A DNA stretch of 64,000 bases, from assembly GCA_040954595.2 (NCBI GenBank), contig CM082579.2, forward strand, positions 864,922-928,921. The letters run 5' to 3'. The notes under the pieces were generated by a model, which was not told the DNA's origin, made no database searches, and saw nothing but the letters and a program-made list of their open reading frames with translations. This document shows, piece after piece, positions 40,805 through 55,800 of this stretch; within the stretch, counting starts at the first letter, position 1, and each line of letters begins with the position of its first letter. The DNA comes from Balanoglossus misakiensis (Eukaryota; Animalia; Hemichordata). A program made the position numbers and the translations under genes.

Positions 40805-43800
40805 ATGGATTATAATATCGACGAAGCTTTAATTGAGTCAAGAAAATGGATTGAGGTAGGTTATCTTCTGACCGTGATGACGTTTTCTTTTGACTGTTGC
40901 AGTGTTATGAAAAGTAAACTTGAAATAGACATCCGAGCGTTTCATTGTTACAATGTATAATGTAATGTACATTTCTTCTCCTCAAGAAATAAATTATGAA
41001 ACTTAGAAACTCCTTCTCTACCGACAATATGGAGTACTTGGCACTTTCATCTTCCTTGAATATTTTCTAAAGTGCGCGTATCGTTTTGTTTTTAAATAGC
41101 GGGATAAATACCGTCACGTAAACTTGTAATCTTCGACAAATAACTTGTTTTTGCTCATATATACCCGGATCATGGTGACTGAATGTTAAATCGTTGCTAG
41201 TATCTAAAGTTTTTTGGACTTTGCTCGCTGATTATTTTGGTGGAATGTAATTCTAAATGCCATGTTTTAAAAATTAGGTAGATTACTGAATGACTGCATG
41301 TTTTTTTTTTGTTTAATGTGTAATTGAATTTATTGACAATTACTTACAAATGCTTTGATGTAAAAGACACTGACAACTTCGTTGCGCGATATACGCCAAC
41401 AATGTACCACGCCAGATCACATTTTTTTTACTGTCGGTTCCAGCATTCCAACCCAGAAGCCATTTCACATTCTACTGATTTCTTTTGTTCGCTTTCTCTT
41501 TTATGTTCGCGCTCTGTTGCAGTTGAAATGAGAAGGGGTGTGTAAAACGCCTGCATTGAAAAAATGAACTTTGCACACAACAGACGATTTCTTCAATGAG
41601 TTTGTTTTGGAAGACTCGGCCCTGGGTTTTTAACGATAAAAGTGGTGCCATCACTTTTATAGTAAAAAAACCTCTAGATACTGTAAGCAAGAGAGGAAAT
41701 TTACGAGTTTTATCATGTACTTGTAAGTTGTAGCTATTGAAATACTTCATAATAAACATGGGACAAAACTAAAAGTTTTGCCTTTTAGTAAACACAGCAT
41801 CTGTCAGTGATGTAGATAGTTGGTCACCGGCAAACCTGCCTGATCTCAGCATGTGATGGGCTATAATGTTTCTAAATCCCATAGGAACACACATATTAAT
41901 GAGCAAATTTTATGTGCCTTGACTGGCTGTTTAATAGTTCCTCTCGCCCATCTGTTGCAAAACATATCTACATCACTGCCTCCCTACAGGATCTTAAACA
42001 AAGAACCCAGGTTTTAGAACTTATATAATTTATGTTGATATTATTTTCATAATCAATCAATCAATCAATCAATTGATCGATCGATCGATCAATTGATTGA
42101 TTGAATGATTGATTGTTTAATTTATTTATTAATGTATTTAATATGTTTTAAAATAAAATACTGTATAATTTTTCTGAATTATTACCTTTTCATCACCTTA
42201 GTTTTGTCCAGCTATGCTTGACTTTTATACAGGGAAATGGAGTAATTAAGCAGACCAGGTGAAAATGCTGTATTCATGTCACTGAAAGAGAAGAGGTACA
42301 GACAGGAAATGAAGATGGCAGGTGTCACCGTGTTTTCACGGAAATCCCAGAGTGAGGGTTTTTTGTCCCAAACACATATAGTTATATATACATGTAAATG
42401 ATAGTAGACAATTAGTTCATTGCCCTGTTTGAGTCTACGGGGATATGGTGAATTACCATAAATATCCATCGCATGAAATTGTACGGTTCAGTAAATATTT
42501 TGTTTGTATTATGAAGTTGCTGTTACTCAAATAAAGACTCCCAATACACCATTAAGTAAAGTGGGGTGCAAAATGTCAACTCACCCAGACATTAGGGATC
42601 AAAGCAAATTGTATTCTTGGTATGTGAGAGGTTTTGTATACTACATCAGGTTGTATCATATACATGTTTTTGTTCTTGTGGAATTTCAATTTTGATAGAC
42701 AGAAAATTGCTGAATCGGCATTAGTCACTGTTTTGGCATAAACCATGTGGCCATGGTGACATGATCTGTTTTGCTCATACCATTGAATTTAGTTTCTGTT
42801 AAACCAGCTAGGTCTTGGTCATGTTATAGTTTTCTTTGAGTTAGACCTTGGTATTCAGCTCAATTGCTTCTGAAAACCTGGACTCACTATTGATAACAAA
42901 GGGATTGACCTCGGAGGAATACATCTAGACACGTAAACAGATGGTAGCCTTCATAATGTACATTTTGTCCAGAGCGCATGTAATGATTTGACTAGAAAGA
43001 TATCTTAGAGATAAGCAAACATGAGTAGCTTAACCATGTTCTTTCATCCATGTCAGTTTTATACTGAAATGAGTTATCTGACCTTTATCGTCAAGTGTGG
43101 GTTATCTCAAGTATCAAAAACATCATTTGGGGTCACTCCGGGCATTTCGTAGAAACATGCTCTAGCGTGTACCAGGCAGAAATGATATCAATTATATCCG
43201 GATAATTAGGTTAAATGGATTTATCATCAGTGTTGCATGAAGTGATGAAGATAGTGTTAGAAAAGTTCTGTCAATTTGTGAATTTTAGTCCTTCCAAAAC
43301 ATGATGAAATTTCATCACAAATATGTTTATTATAAAAAAAAGCATCTATCCTGTAATCCTCCCACATATACAGAAGTCCTGTTCTGATTTAGCTATTTCT
43401 GATATCATAGCAGAGTTTTGTAAATAGATAAGAGAAATGCATGAAATGTTTTGATGACAATCAACAGGTGGGTGGGTGGTTGCTTGGCAAGCAGCCAGGA
43501 TTGAAACGGTTAAAACCACCCCTCCTTACTATGTTGCTTATTAATTTAACGACTACTCATTCTAATTGTTTTGATAATTACCGGTAATAAAATGAAAGAC
43601 AGTTGAAATTCAATATCATTCACACTCATCGAGATTTTCGAAAGTTGGGCTGTTGCCATCTACTGGAAGAGACCACATTCCAATCATAGTTTATTGATGT
43701 CTCAAGCAATCAGACCTTTAACAAGTGGATCTGTCTAGCCTTCTGCAAACACTTTAGTCAACTGCTTCTGTATAAAGAAAGCATGCTTCTAATGGTTAAC

Positions 43801-46800
43801 CACAAAAGTTTTGACATAAACTACCTTAAAAATACAGTAGTCAGTCTCTGTTCTTTTAGAATCAACATATATGTCGTCAATATTGTGTAACATAGCTGAT
43901 AATGTTCAGAAACTCAATTACAATTGACTCAGAAATTCATTTAGTTCCCTGAAAAATACTATTTACCTGTTTTATGTCATATCAAGTTTAACTAATAGTT
44001 TTGACTATTCTCATGATTGTCATGGCAACAGAAGTAGACACAACCATATCAAACACCTGGCGGAACCAGACATTTGAATTATGTATTTGCTTAAGTAGTT
44101 CATATAACCCTGTGGTTGGCTTGAAAGAGCAGCATTGGTATATTTGGACATTCCACACACATGACAACATGTTCAGTCTAAAGCAACAATTGTCTACTCA
44201 ATGCATAACTCAAACAAAAAAATGTATACAGTTGCCATAGTGACAGACTTGTTATTCTCAAAAGCAAGAAACTAAAAATGTTAATTATATCTCAATGGAA
44301 TTCTAAGTGGCAATCATCGTAAATTATAGTTGCACATTTTGAAGAGGAGTGTAAGCTTGCTATTCACTCCCCGATGGCTGTCCATAGTACAGTGACCGCC
44401 TAGAAGCCAGATCAGGTCATGACCATACCATCAATTAGATTCATATCCATGGAAAAACACTTCTTAAACCAGAAAATTGCATTTTATTGATATACATGTA
44501 TAATTAAACCGTATCAAATTACTGGTTTCACTTTTGTTATTTTGTGTGTGTCCGCATGCCTGCTTCTTTGTCATTAACTTATTCTAAGTTTAGCACTGAA
44601 CTGGTAAATTTTACACCATATAAAATTTCATTCAGTTGACTGACCAGAACACTGATAACACTTTTAATGGGATTACTGAATTTTACAGCTTTGAAAACAA
44701 ATCACTTATATTGCTACATATGAGCTGCAGTATTAATATCTAAATTGAACAATATTAAACTGCCTGTCTGTTAATCAATATCTGGGTAGATTTGCCTACT
44801 GAAAACACTCCTGTTAATTAGCTGTTTTGTTATTTATCTCCTCCATACTGTACTTGCCAAGTCTGTCAGAAAATAGGTCATGATTTTTTCAGTTTGGTTT
44901 GAACCACAGCAGAGACTATAGGCATCCATTGAACGAAGTGAATTTCAAAGCGAGAATTGCAAACACAGCTTAGCTTTCTCAGATCCTTTGAATACAACAA
45001 TGGAATGGTCAGTTCAAGTAGTTCAAGTAATCAATACTTGTAGAGACCCATCTAATCGCTTAGCACTTGGCTTCCTGAACTGTTCAAAAATTGATTTTTC
45101 TTCCTTTGTTGGGGTTTTCACAACCATTTAACTGGGATCCAATACTCATATAGTATTTATACTGAGGTAAATTACCAAATGGATAGGCGTTAAACTCATT
45201 ACGTATGGAACCCCATCTTTTCACATTTTGAAATATTTATGATTTGTTTTGACAGTTGAGAGTTTAATCCCATTTGACTGAATAAGTGTGACAAGGTACA
45301 GTGCTGATTGGCATTTTAATGTCACAGTGCATGGGATGTTCTTCGTGATATCTCAACTCCGCTGTCTGTGGTTTATAAACCAAGAAAAAATATTGATCTG
45401 TTTACTGTTGTGTTTCTTCACTGAGAGTCTGCCTAGTTTGATCCTGTGTTTGTTAGGCATTGTTTGTTGGTAAAGAGGTTTCCCAGGTTTCCCAATGGTA
45501 TTCCCTGGTAGTCTGGTATGCAAACCACAACATTCATTTGCCATTCTCTCCGAATCATTTACGCATACTTTAAACCTTGAACACTGGATTCTGTCATGAA
45601 ATGAATTGATGACATGTTCCCCCAGCTCAGATCAAAGTGCAAAATACAGGGTTGGTCACTATAGTTTAGTTTAGGTGACAGTGACAATTTCTTGGGAGAA
45701 TTAATAAAAATTTGCCAGGTTTTGTATTTGAAGTGTAAATATAGTTGCAGATATGCCCCGGTATATGTGTGTATCTCAGGTCTTGTGCTGAATCTATCCA
45801 TATTCAGTGCAGACGTAATTAGCTTTGTATAAACAGAAATTAGAGAAAGGCATTCATATGTGTTGTAAGCTATAAAACACACATACACTTGCATCAATCA
45901 GTCATGTCAAAAATAGCTTTGCTAATTGTCAGTATCCGGGATTTGACATTGTTGACATCCAGTCAACAGTCATCACTGATTGTTCAAATGTCATCACTCT
46001 TATTTGTTCAAATTAGCAATCATTCATTCTTCATCACCTTGTCAACTACCATCCTTAATGATGCCAAGCAAGCAAGGTCTGCTAGTTTTGTAACAAGCGG
46101 AGACTTCATCACAGGATGATCTCTTGCACTCATGTCTGTAGCTGTGTTACTTTCTTTGCAGGCATAGCTTCAGGCAACATACCGTGTTAGCAGAGAAGTG
46201 GAACACCGTATTTCATGTCATTCCTGTGGGTAACTCGGACATTCACAGTGCTATTTAAAAACTTTTGTAATCTCTGTTTTTTTCTTCACATCTTTTCATC
46301 TTGCAGAAAAGCAACTTATGAATACGCATTGTTGGGGATGAAGATGGCTTGCTTGAAATAGGTGTTATTAGCGATGGTTTGACACAGTAAACAAATTCTA
46401 GCCATTATTAGCATTGCACTGGTAAATTCACACACACACACACACACGATCATCAATAAAAATCAACCATTGAAAAGACACTACTGTTTGAATCTTCTTG
46501 ACCTATGACTTTCGAATTTGTTAAATGTCAAGCCATTCGACGTTAAAGAAAAAACTCAGCCATTCAACGTTAAAGAAACAAAACGGTAACCCAAAATCAT
46601 CAGAACAAATAGAGCATTTGATTTAAATTCACAAGATGTGGGTCACATGTGATTAAGCAATTACTCGTGGCACTCGGGAGTATAGAGGAGGATCTCAGTC
46701 AGAAACTGAATATGGACATCTTGTTGGTGAACATGTATGTCTTGGGAGACATTCACTATTCACACCTTAAAGGATTCTTAAGAATTCAAAAGTCAATTCA

Positions 46801-49800
46801 GAAAAATCTAAGTCAAGCCAGGGTGTGTCTTGGATCGCACAAAACATCTTGGTTCAAATCATTGAACCCCTTTTACACTTCTTAAGAATAGGCCACCCTG
46901 TATAGTGATGTAGGGGTCGTGACCCCAATCTGTGACATAACTTAGCATCCCATGTGGGTCGCAAGAGCCTTGACACATTAAAGGTCACACCTGGTCCAGT
47001 TGCCAGGTGGAGATAACACAGAGGAGAAATCAGGTCATCAGAAATGTCAAATATGACACGATGTTGCCATGACGATCGGAAAATTACTTATGATTGCATT
47101 ATGATTAAATACAAAATGTTAGCTTTCCTTTTATAATGCATATTTGAAACAGATCAGATGAGGTCAAACTTGTGATACTGTTAGTTTAGTGACCGGAAAT
47201 ATGAACATGTGTAAACATGAAACCTTACTTTTATCATTCATAAGGCTAGCAAAGGTTTTTGTTTATGATTGTCACTAGTCCATTCGTACTTTGCAAGATC
47301 CCTCAGGCATCAAATCATTTCAAAAGTCACCACGTTATGATATTAATAATATTTGTACTCAAATGTAAACACACAAGTTATGCTTGATTACAGAAATGAT
47401 GGTTCTGAATTTTTAGTGTATATTTACACTCTTTTAAGTGTTTATCTTAGCATTTATTTTCTGATTTGTGAAAAATAAATATTTACTGATGATCAACAGG
47501 TGGTGTATACAGGAATATAGAATAAATTAAAACTTGTGATAGTTATTAGATAAACATGAATTTAGTTCAGTTGGGTCAGTTCTCATTACAGAACAATCAC
47601 TGAATCACAAATCTCTTGAACCATTCCTAGTGGCATCAGAACAGATTACCAATTTCCCATGTGTGTCAATTCCCTAGGTGATTTTTAAATACTATAAAGG
47701 GAATTCTTTTTGTTTTTGCTTCAAGATTTTAGAACCAGATGAGATTGGTTGTAAAGCAGTAAGACAAAGGAAAGTCTTGATGTTTAATCACTGTAATTAT
47801 TGCCAACTTTAAGTCTTTGTTGTACTGAGAATTTTGTGGGATTATGAGAAAATACCATTGTTGTTCACATACTTTCTTTGAGATCTTAGTTTTAAGTTTA
47901 AAACTATCACTGTAACATGTTCTGTACACATGATGTTTGTGTGGAGAAAGGTTATACGCTGATCAACCATGCGTGCATGGAATGCTTTGTTTACTGTTGA
48001 CAGGTTTTAACTAGAGTTGTGTTGATCCAAATAACCTTGATCCTACAATCCCCTCCCCCCTCCACACACCCACCCATTTGTCTGTGATGCAGCCCATCAC
48101 AACACAGACACAATTGCCGCTATTTAATGACGAACTTGACATGAAATGTCACGGCCGTAAATGCATACCAGTACCACAGCAATAACATAAAACTTGACGA
48201 GAGGAATGTATGTTGAATTAACCTTTTCTCGTCATTATTATCATGATTTATGATCAGATTTTGTTTTCAAAGTTCAACTGGGTGCATATCAGTCTGTGGT
48301 TAATGTTTACATAACTGTTTTCCATGCGAACACTGACAAAAAAGGAACAGATATTTTGTTTGCCCCCAAAAATCAAGGACCCTGGACCTTAGCTCCTATT
48401 GGGTCTGCATGATGAAGGCTTCAAATTAAATTGCAGTTTTGCACATGTTTGTTCTCTTGGGCAGGGCGTGTGCCTGGCCTCTTTGCAAAGTGCAAAGTTC
48501 CAGACAAACTTATGTTACGACATATGGCACACCAGTAGTAATAAACTGCATCTGTTGCCTTTAATCCTTTCCTGTCAAAGTTGACAAATATTTTATAAGT
48601 TGCCGATGAATAAGTTACTATTTAAAAGCCAGTGAAATCTGTTGAATTTCTAGAATATAATGCATAGCATTGAATATTGAAGAAATTCGTCTGGGGAAAT
48701 TAACCAGTAAATTATATGAAAGCGCATTTCACTGATATAGAATCTGGGATTTAGAATTGGATATAAATTTTTGTTCACCCCAAAATGTGTTAAAACCATG
48801 ACGTTATCAATGACACGTTGGGCCTTATACAAAAGGTAAATACAGTGTGAAAGGTTTAGAAGTGACAATGTCTAAAATCTCGTGATAAATGTTTTCTTTA
48901 TAATTTTGAAATATGGGTCTACAGCCTGTGTATTAATAGTCTAGAATCTATCCGTTCGTAGTCGCATTCACCCTACTACCAGTAGATAGATTCTAGACTA
49001 GTGTATTAAAGAATCAGTCCACTGTTTACTTTTCTGTTCAGCGATTTTGAATATACATTGGAAGTTGTTTCATTCAATAATTTATACCCAGGAACAGAAA
49101 TATGAGTATTCTGCAGTGATCTGCAGTGTGATCAGCCTAACAAAGCCGTTTTATCAGGTCACTCATATAATTGTATGTCTGCCAATTTATCCGATAAAAT
49201 CTGATGTCAACACAACTGGCTCCATTCTGTCGGTTTACCACAGTGTCTATAATTCTCTGTTATATTTTACATGTCTGCTCTCCATCGCAACTGTTGATGA
49301 TTAAACAATTTTGGCTATTGAAGTGATATAAGAGACAGCAAACATCATCAGACTACATAATTTTGCTCCATTTTCGTCAAATGAAAAACAAACTAGAAAA
49401 CTGTGACTGTCCCTGCTCCATTACTGCAAATGTTTTATGGCTTGTCTGTAATAACGTGTTCATGCTTGGTCCTGAAATAAAATTTCTCTTAAAATTCATA
49501 TGATATCACTGCCACTTGCCTGCCACACTTAATTTTATTAGGTGTGTTTTGTGAAATTTATTGTCCATAATGAGACCATGAAACTGCCTCAGTGCTACCC
49601 CTGTGTGAAGTGAAAGCATTCATTTCAAAGTTTGAAAGCAAACCCCCAAAGGACAGCTGCTGTAATCTGTTGACTGTGTAGAAGCTGTTCATAATGCATT
49701 CCATTCTTTATTACAGTTTCTTTAATGGGGATTATGGAACATTTCATGACACACTTTCAATCTCTGTCTTCATGTCTTGATGACTAGTTTCAAAACTACC

Positions 49801-52800
49801 CGGTACTCATCAAAAGTTGATGAGCTTTCTTCTTTGTAAAAACCACATTAATTTTCATTTTTGTGCTGAAAATGTCCCGTTCTCAGCTGCCAGTAAAACC
49901 TGCATGTGTGCAACTAAGATTGTTCTTATTAAAATTGACATTTCAGTTCCATGATGCAAACAGTACACACACCCATACAGACTCTTGTTCAGAAGCCAAC
50001 AATCTTTTATTTGGGAAAAGAGGCAGGTCCTAACACACAAATATTGGTTTTACAATAGGAAATATCAAACGAAGGTCAGGTATGATATTTGCCTGTGAAA
50101 AGGTGGGATTCAGGTACATACTGGAAAATAGTGATACTTCTCTACCTTGACAAATTGAGGGCGCTGTTCAACATAAAAAAGTCACCAATTTTTGTGTATA
50201 AATTGCTGACTAGACTAGCAATTCTTATTCATGACAAACATTTTGAACAAGGCAACTAAGCAAAGAAAATGTAAAAGTGATTAAATGTAAATTCATAATT
50301 GATGTATTTTCCTTTTTTCAGGCTGTGACTGGTAAAAATTTCCCTTATGATGATTTCAAAAAATCGTTGGAAGATGGAGTTCTACTTTGTCAGTAAGTAC
50401 AGACCGAATTATAAGAGATTTGTTGTCCATATTTAAAAAAAATTATGTTACTTTCATTGTGTGGAGATGGTGTCTATATAAGTGTATTTATTCTCTATTT
50501 TAGGTTATGTCTATAGTTCTAGCATAACCACAGATTCATTAAACTTTATTGGATTTACATCTGTCCACAGATTAATGCTTAAAATCAAGCCTGGCTCCAT
50601 CAGGAAAATCAACACAACTTCTTTTGCTGGACTGGTGAGTAATCATTCAATCTCTGAGCTCTATCCCTTTCACCCCCAGTTCCCTCTTTTAGAGGTCCAG
50701 CCTTACCATAGAAAATGGGCTTGGACGGAACCATGGTGGTGAAAGGGGTATAGTACTGTGGTACCTAGCCTAGTCTCTATCCGTATTTAGACGTTAGTTT
50801 TGGAAGCACGGCTAGATACTAGATACTAGGCTACGTGGTACCAGAGATTTTGTTCATTTAATATTAACTCTCTCGGTACTTATTGTTGATTTTCTGGGAA
50901 TTATGGTGATTGTTTTTCTATTGATATTGCAATCTTATTGATAAATGTGCTTCCATATTAAATGTACTGCCATTTATCACTAAACCCTCTGCTATTGGAG
51001 CAACCAATGATGAGACCAAAGGAACAACACCTTCACCCACTTGGTTACTTTGTGTCATTGACTAGACTGAAGCAGATCCATATTTGTTTTTCTATAATTA
51101 AATTGTTTAGGATGTCCTGCAGAGTTGTAATTGAGTTGTGCTATTAGGGTGATGTCACCAACCGGTTTTGATAGCACACTCACTCTACTTCTGTGAGGAG
51201 ACCACTAAATGTCAACATTTTAGATTCTATGCTAATGACCCTATCAGAAAAGGTATGTGAGGAATGTCGGCCATTGAACAAAAAAGAGGGATGTCCACAG
51301 TACAGTGTTGTTGCTGATATCTACATACTAGTACATGTATTTCTTTTGAATTCGAGCCTAATGGCAAAATCGTACAGGATATCTGTGATATAAGCATTAC
51401 AAAGTCATTCTCTGGAAAGAATGCGCACTGGTCTTACAGAAATGTACCTTTAGTATTGTGTTCGTCGTTTGCGATATTGACGCCCCCCAGATCGACACTG
51501 AATATGGAATGTACGTGGTTTTGTGAGCTATAGATATGCAAATAAGTTGTAGAGCGTTAAGCACTGTACTGCTGCTAGTGTTTCGCCACAGACTTCCTTA
51601 TTGACTTGTTCATAGCTCCTGGCTTTGAGGTAAGAGAAATCTTATTTCCATACTACATAACTCAGTCAGTGTCTCTGTGTCACACAGGTGGTCAGGAGAT
51701 TGGTATTTGCAACCATAATGAAGCTGTGAGGTGTTAAGTTGTGAGTGTCTGCCTGTGAGTCCCTGTGTCAGTTGGGCTGTTAGTGTTAGTTCAGAGTGCC
51801 CCTATCCAAATGTAGCAGTTGTAAGCATTGTGGTTTTCAGAGCCTTATTTACATGACAGTGGAGGGAAGCTCTTCTCTGACTGTTGTAGTCGGGAGGGGG
51901 GCCTGACCTTGCCACAAGCCTCTCTGCAAGCATGTTTCCAACATGTAATGATTCACAGATATCAGAGATCTGCACGGTCTATGTATATTTCGACTGTGCT
52001 TTGGCCTATCTCCCTGACTGTAGTTTACATGTAACTGACACAACATGGAGTTTTCAGATACGCACACTCATCACAGTACAAACACACAGGGTGGGAACCC
52101 AGATTGGGTAATCAGGTTGAGTCATGCTGGTTTATTCGTGGTGCTACCCTCCCTGCCATGAAAACATTCCGATCATTGTCAAATTCGATGTCATGACATC
52201 GCTAGGAGGGCATGTGTGACATGAAGTGTCACCTTCAAAACCGCACACAGATGCTCTGTAATATTGTCCAGCGCTGAACGAAGCTGGTATTAGCCGTGGT
52301 ATTAGTAATGCGATGTAAATAGGTCAAAACCCCCCTCAGTCAGACAGCATCTTGGATCGGTGAATCAGTTTGGGTCAGTCTGAAATTTGACATGAATTAT
52401 TTCAGAACATTAAAACAGCTCCCCCGAGAACTAGTTTAGGAAAAGCCAAGAAGTCAAGTATCTGTTATATAACTGTGCAACTTGCATTAAAAATACATGA
52501 AAAACGTATGACACTGGAGGTGAGATTTTGATCAAACGAGTAGCATATTGGTTGATCATGTTAATATTTTGAATAAACATTTATCTGCCTGTGTGGTTTG
52601 GAGCGTGTGACAACTCTCTGTGTTCAGTGTGTATTGACGAATTGAAATGCATTTTTACATACCAAATACACCCAGACTTTTAACTCTTATATCGTCCAAC
52701 CCATATCATAGCCCAAACCAGACTGGTAGACTACATTCCATTTCTGGGATTATGTTGACTAGCAAACGAGAAATTCAAGTATTACAACACCCGACAAACC

Positions 52801-55800
52801 AACAGTTGACACACATGTTAAATGTTGTAACCACTGATCTGTTGAAAATTTGCCTAAGGCTATTTACCTTATAGTTGATATAATCAAGCATATGGGCTGG
52901 TGGCCTTGAGACGCAATAAACTACTTCTACTACCATAATCAAGTAGAAAGTTCAAGTTTACCCAAACAGTTTGATAGTGTGTTATCAAAAGTAAACTGAG
53001 TTGATGAAAACATTGCTAAAGTGATGCGTTATTTTGAAAACATGATTTTGATTATTAGTTACAGGCATGTTGACATATTATTATTAGCAGACTTGACATC
53101 TGCACAAAATCAAAACAGCGGCACAGAAATATCTTAAAAATTTAATTTAGTAAAACCTCAAGGGTATGTCACAGCCAGACAAAAATTCAAAGAAAAGGCA
53201 GTGCATAGTGGCTGTTAAATGTTGGAATTTTCAGCTCAACAAAAGTCGCCATGTGTGTTTTTATTCTACAGCTTTCCTTGAGACCATAAATCAGAAAAAT
53301 TGTTTTCAGTACTGAGTGTCAGAATGTCAGTGATAAGTCCCTGGATTGCGGGCTCATCTCATCTCCAAGTATTTTCCTTGGGAACATTCTTGCAGCATTA
53401 GGCATTCCAGTGCCCCTTTTCATTCCATGGAATTCTTCCAAGTCTGTCAGTATGGGGGAAAAAAGCTGGTAAACAAAACACCAGGGTTCTTAGTGCTGAG
53501 AGACTTTTGTTGAGCAAATTGCAGGAACAATAGAGAGATAGAAAACAGAGAAAGAGGATCAAGTGATTTCCAGGACAGATGAGCTTTGTTTCGGCAGTTT
53601 GGTCCCTGTCCGTTATTCATTTACTCCAATGAAGCGTGAAGCCAAACAATCTCCATTTCAAAAGTACTGGGAAAGAGTGTGGATTTAGTGACCATCCTTT
53701 CTGTAAACAAGATTCCTTCAAGTTGACTCCAAATCTCAGTGCTGGATTCTTTAGTGCGATTACAAGCACTGGCTTGATGCTCTTATTTGCTAGAAGTTTG
53801 GTTGTTATGACTCATTGTAGTATATGAATTGTGCTTGTGTTTCAATAAATATCATTATCAGTTGTTTAGGACAATTAAAAGTTGCTATGTACAGTTACAT
53901 GTACTGTTTGTATTTGTAGGCATATTTTTGACAATTCTAACTTACATGTGACATATCACACAATACATGTATGCAACTGTACTCTGACATGTTAATCCTT
54001 CAAAACCTGATGTACATGTGCATTGTACCTCGTACCTTAGAGAAATAGCCATACCAGTATACCCAGCAATGTTTTGTGTCATTTCTGTAGTCAGTACTTT
54101 GGCCTCTGACTTGTACAAATACAGACAAAAACAACAAAAAAGTACATGAACTTGAGTCACAGACACTACACAGACCACCATAAAATGCAAGACCTTTTAC
54201 ATGTATTTGAGTTTAAAAGTAATATTGTTTCTTCTTTAGTAAATGCATGGTCACTCTCTATGCTGTGGGTCTCTAAAATGGAAATTGTTTTGCAAATCGT
54301 TTATCATGCAGATAATTCTTGTAATGCTATCATGGATACCAGCAAATAAAGTGATATGCTTGATTCATGATTCTAACAGCCGTTGTCTCTCGTATCAATG
54401 TCATCACTCAGCTAACATTCATATTTCTTCTGTATCATTAGTTTCTAAATATGTTTGCGTCCTCTTTGGTATTGATATCTCATTTTATCTGTGACAGTAT
54501 TTCAATTGTATCATGTCATGATATCTGGAATGCTAAATATGTGACCAAAATTCAATGACTATTTATAAATGTAGTAAATAACACATATTCACATACATTT
54601 GCCCGTAAAATATTTGAAAAACTTCATATGGCATATGCACATGACTGGAGTTGTAGGAGGGTTTTTCAATGGTTGGTTTGTTTGTAACATTTGATCCATG
54701 GCGACCTTATGAAAGAGATGTTTTTATGGCTGATTTGCAGCCTTTTAGTCAGCTCAGTTCACCTGAATAAATGTACAATGTATAAAGGAATACACACATA
54801 GGCTATATCAATTATCCCAGCCACCCCTGTGTGTGTCAACATTTGGTATATTCCTTTAAACTGCCAGGTGTGGTTGACGCCATTTCGTTCTGTAAACGGG
54901 GATGGTTGGGGAGTGGGGGGAAGACTTTGCATTCAGGTATGCATTCAGGTATGTCCTGTCTGTCAATTGGCCTTGAGTGTTTGTCATAACTGTGCCAGTC
55001 ATTACCCCGTTCACACACGGAAGGGCACATGGTATTTATAAATGTGAATGGGTATGTGTCATTAACGTCATAAGTTGTATGACCAAAGGATGGGAGGGGT
55101 GGCAGTTGGGTGTGGTGATGCTTGTCAGAATTAAGGTGCAACTCACTGGGCTTGGTATTATTAAGACAGGTCAACCTGTGTGTGTGTATGAGAGATTGAG
55201 ACATTGCAGTTGCTGATTGATCTCCACTTCTAACATTCAGTTCTGTTCTGCATCATCATCACAGTGTTTAACCAAAAGAAATTGTCAGGTTTGCCTGGCT
55301 CTCTGAAAGATTATGACTGTCTGATGATAATGTATTGTATATATTAGCAATTCTGATTATTTGCAATCAGATAGGTCAGATTGAATTCCAAGTTTAGACT
55401 CTGTACACACACACAATGCATGTTTATACCTATATTCTCTGGGGCATTGGTCTCTGGTGGCTGGTGTGGTTTACAAACACACAGATTGCCAAGTAGTCTA
55501 TTGTATCCTAGTCAATACAAGTCAAGACTCAGTTGTTTTCATGCAGAAATCTAGTTTCCACTGGGAACTGAATTTGGCTGTACTGACTGTTGGTGTTTAA
55601 TATCCTGAATTCAGGCTAATATGAATGCCTGGTGATGGCTATGATGAATCTTACATACAGCTTACACACACCAAATATTAGGATATACCATCTGATGGCC
55701 GTGATGAGCATCCATTTGTTTCTTGCATCTGCTGTACCTTATATGTACAAGTCACATTTCTTGATTAATTTGTGACTATAAACCACAGTAGCTAACAGCA

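Noticed and set aside
46530-46583. Two-unit ~27-bp tandem duplication
   Set aside because: Ordinary local slippage with no further structure.
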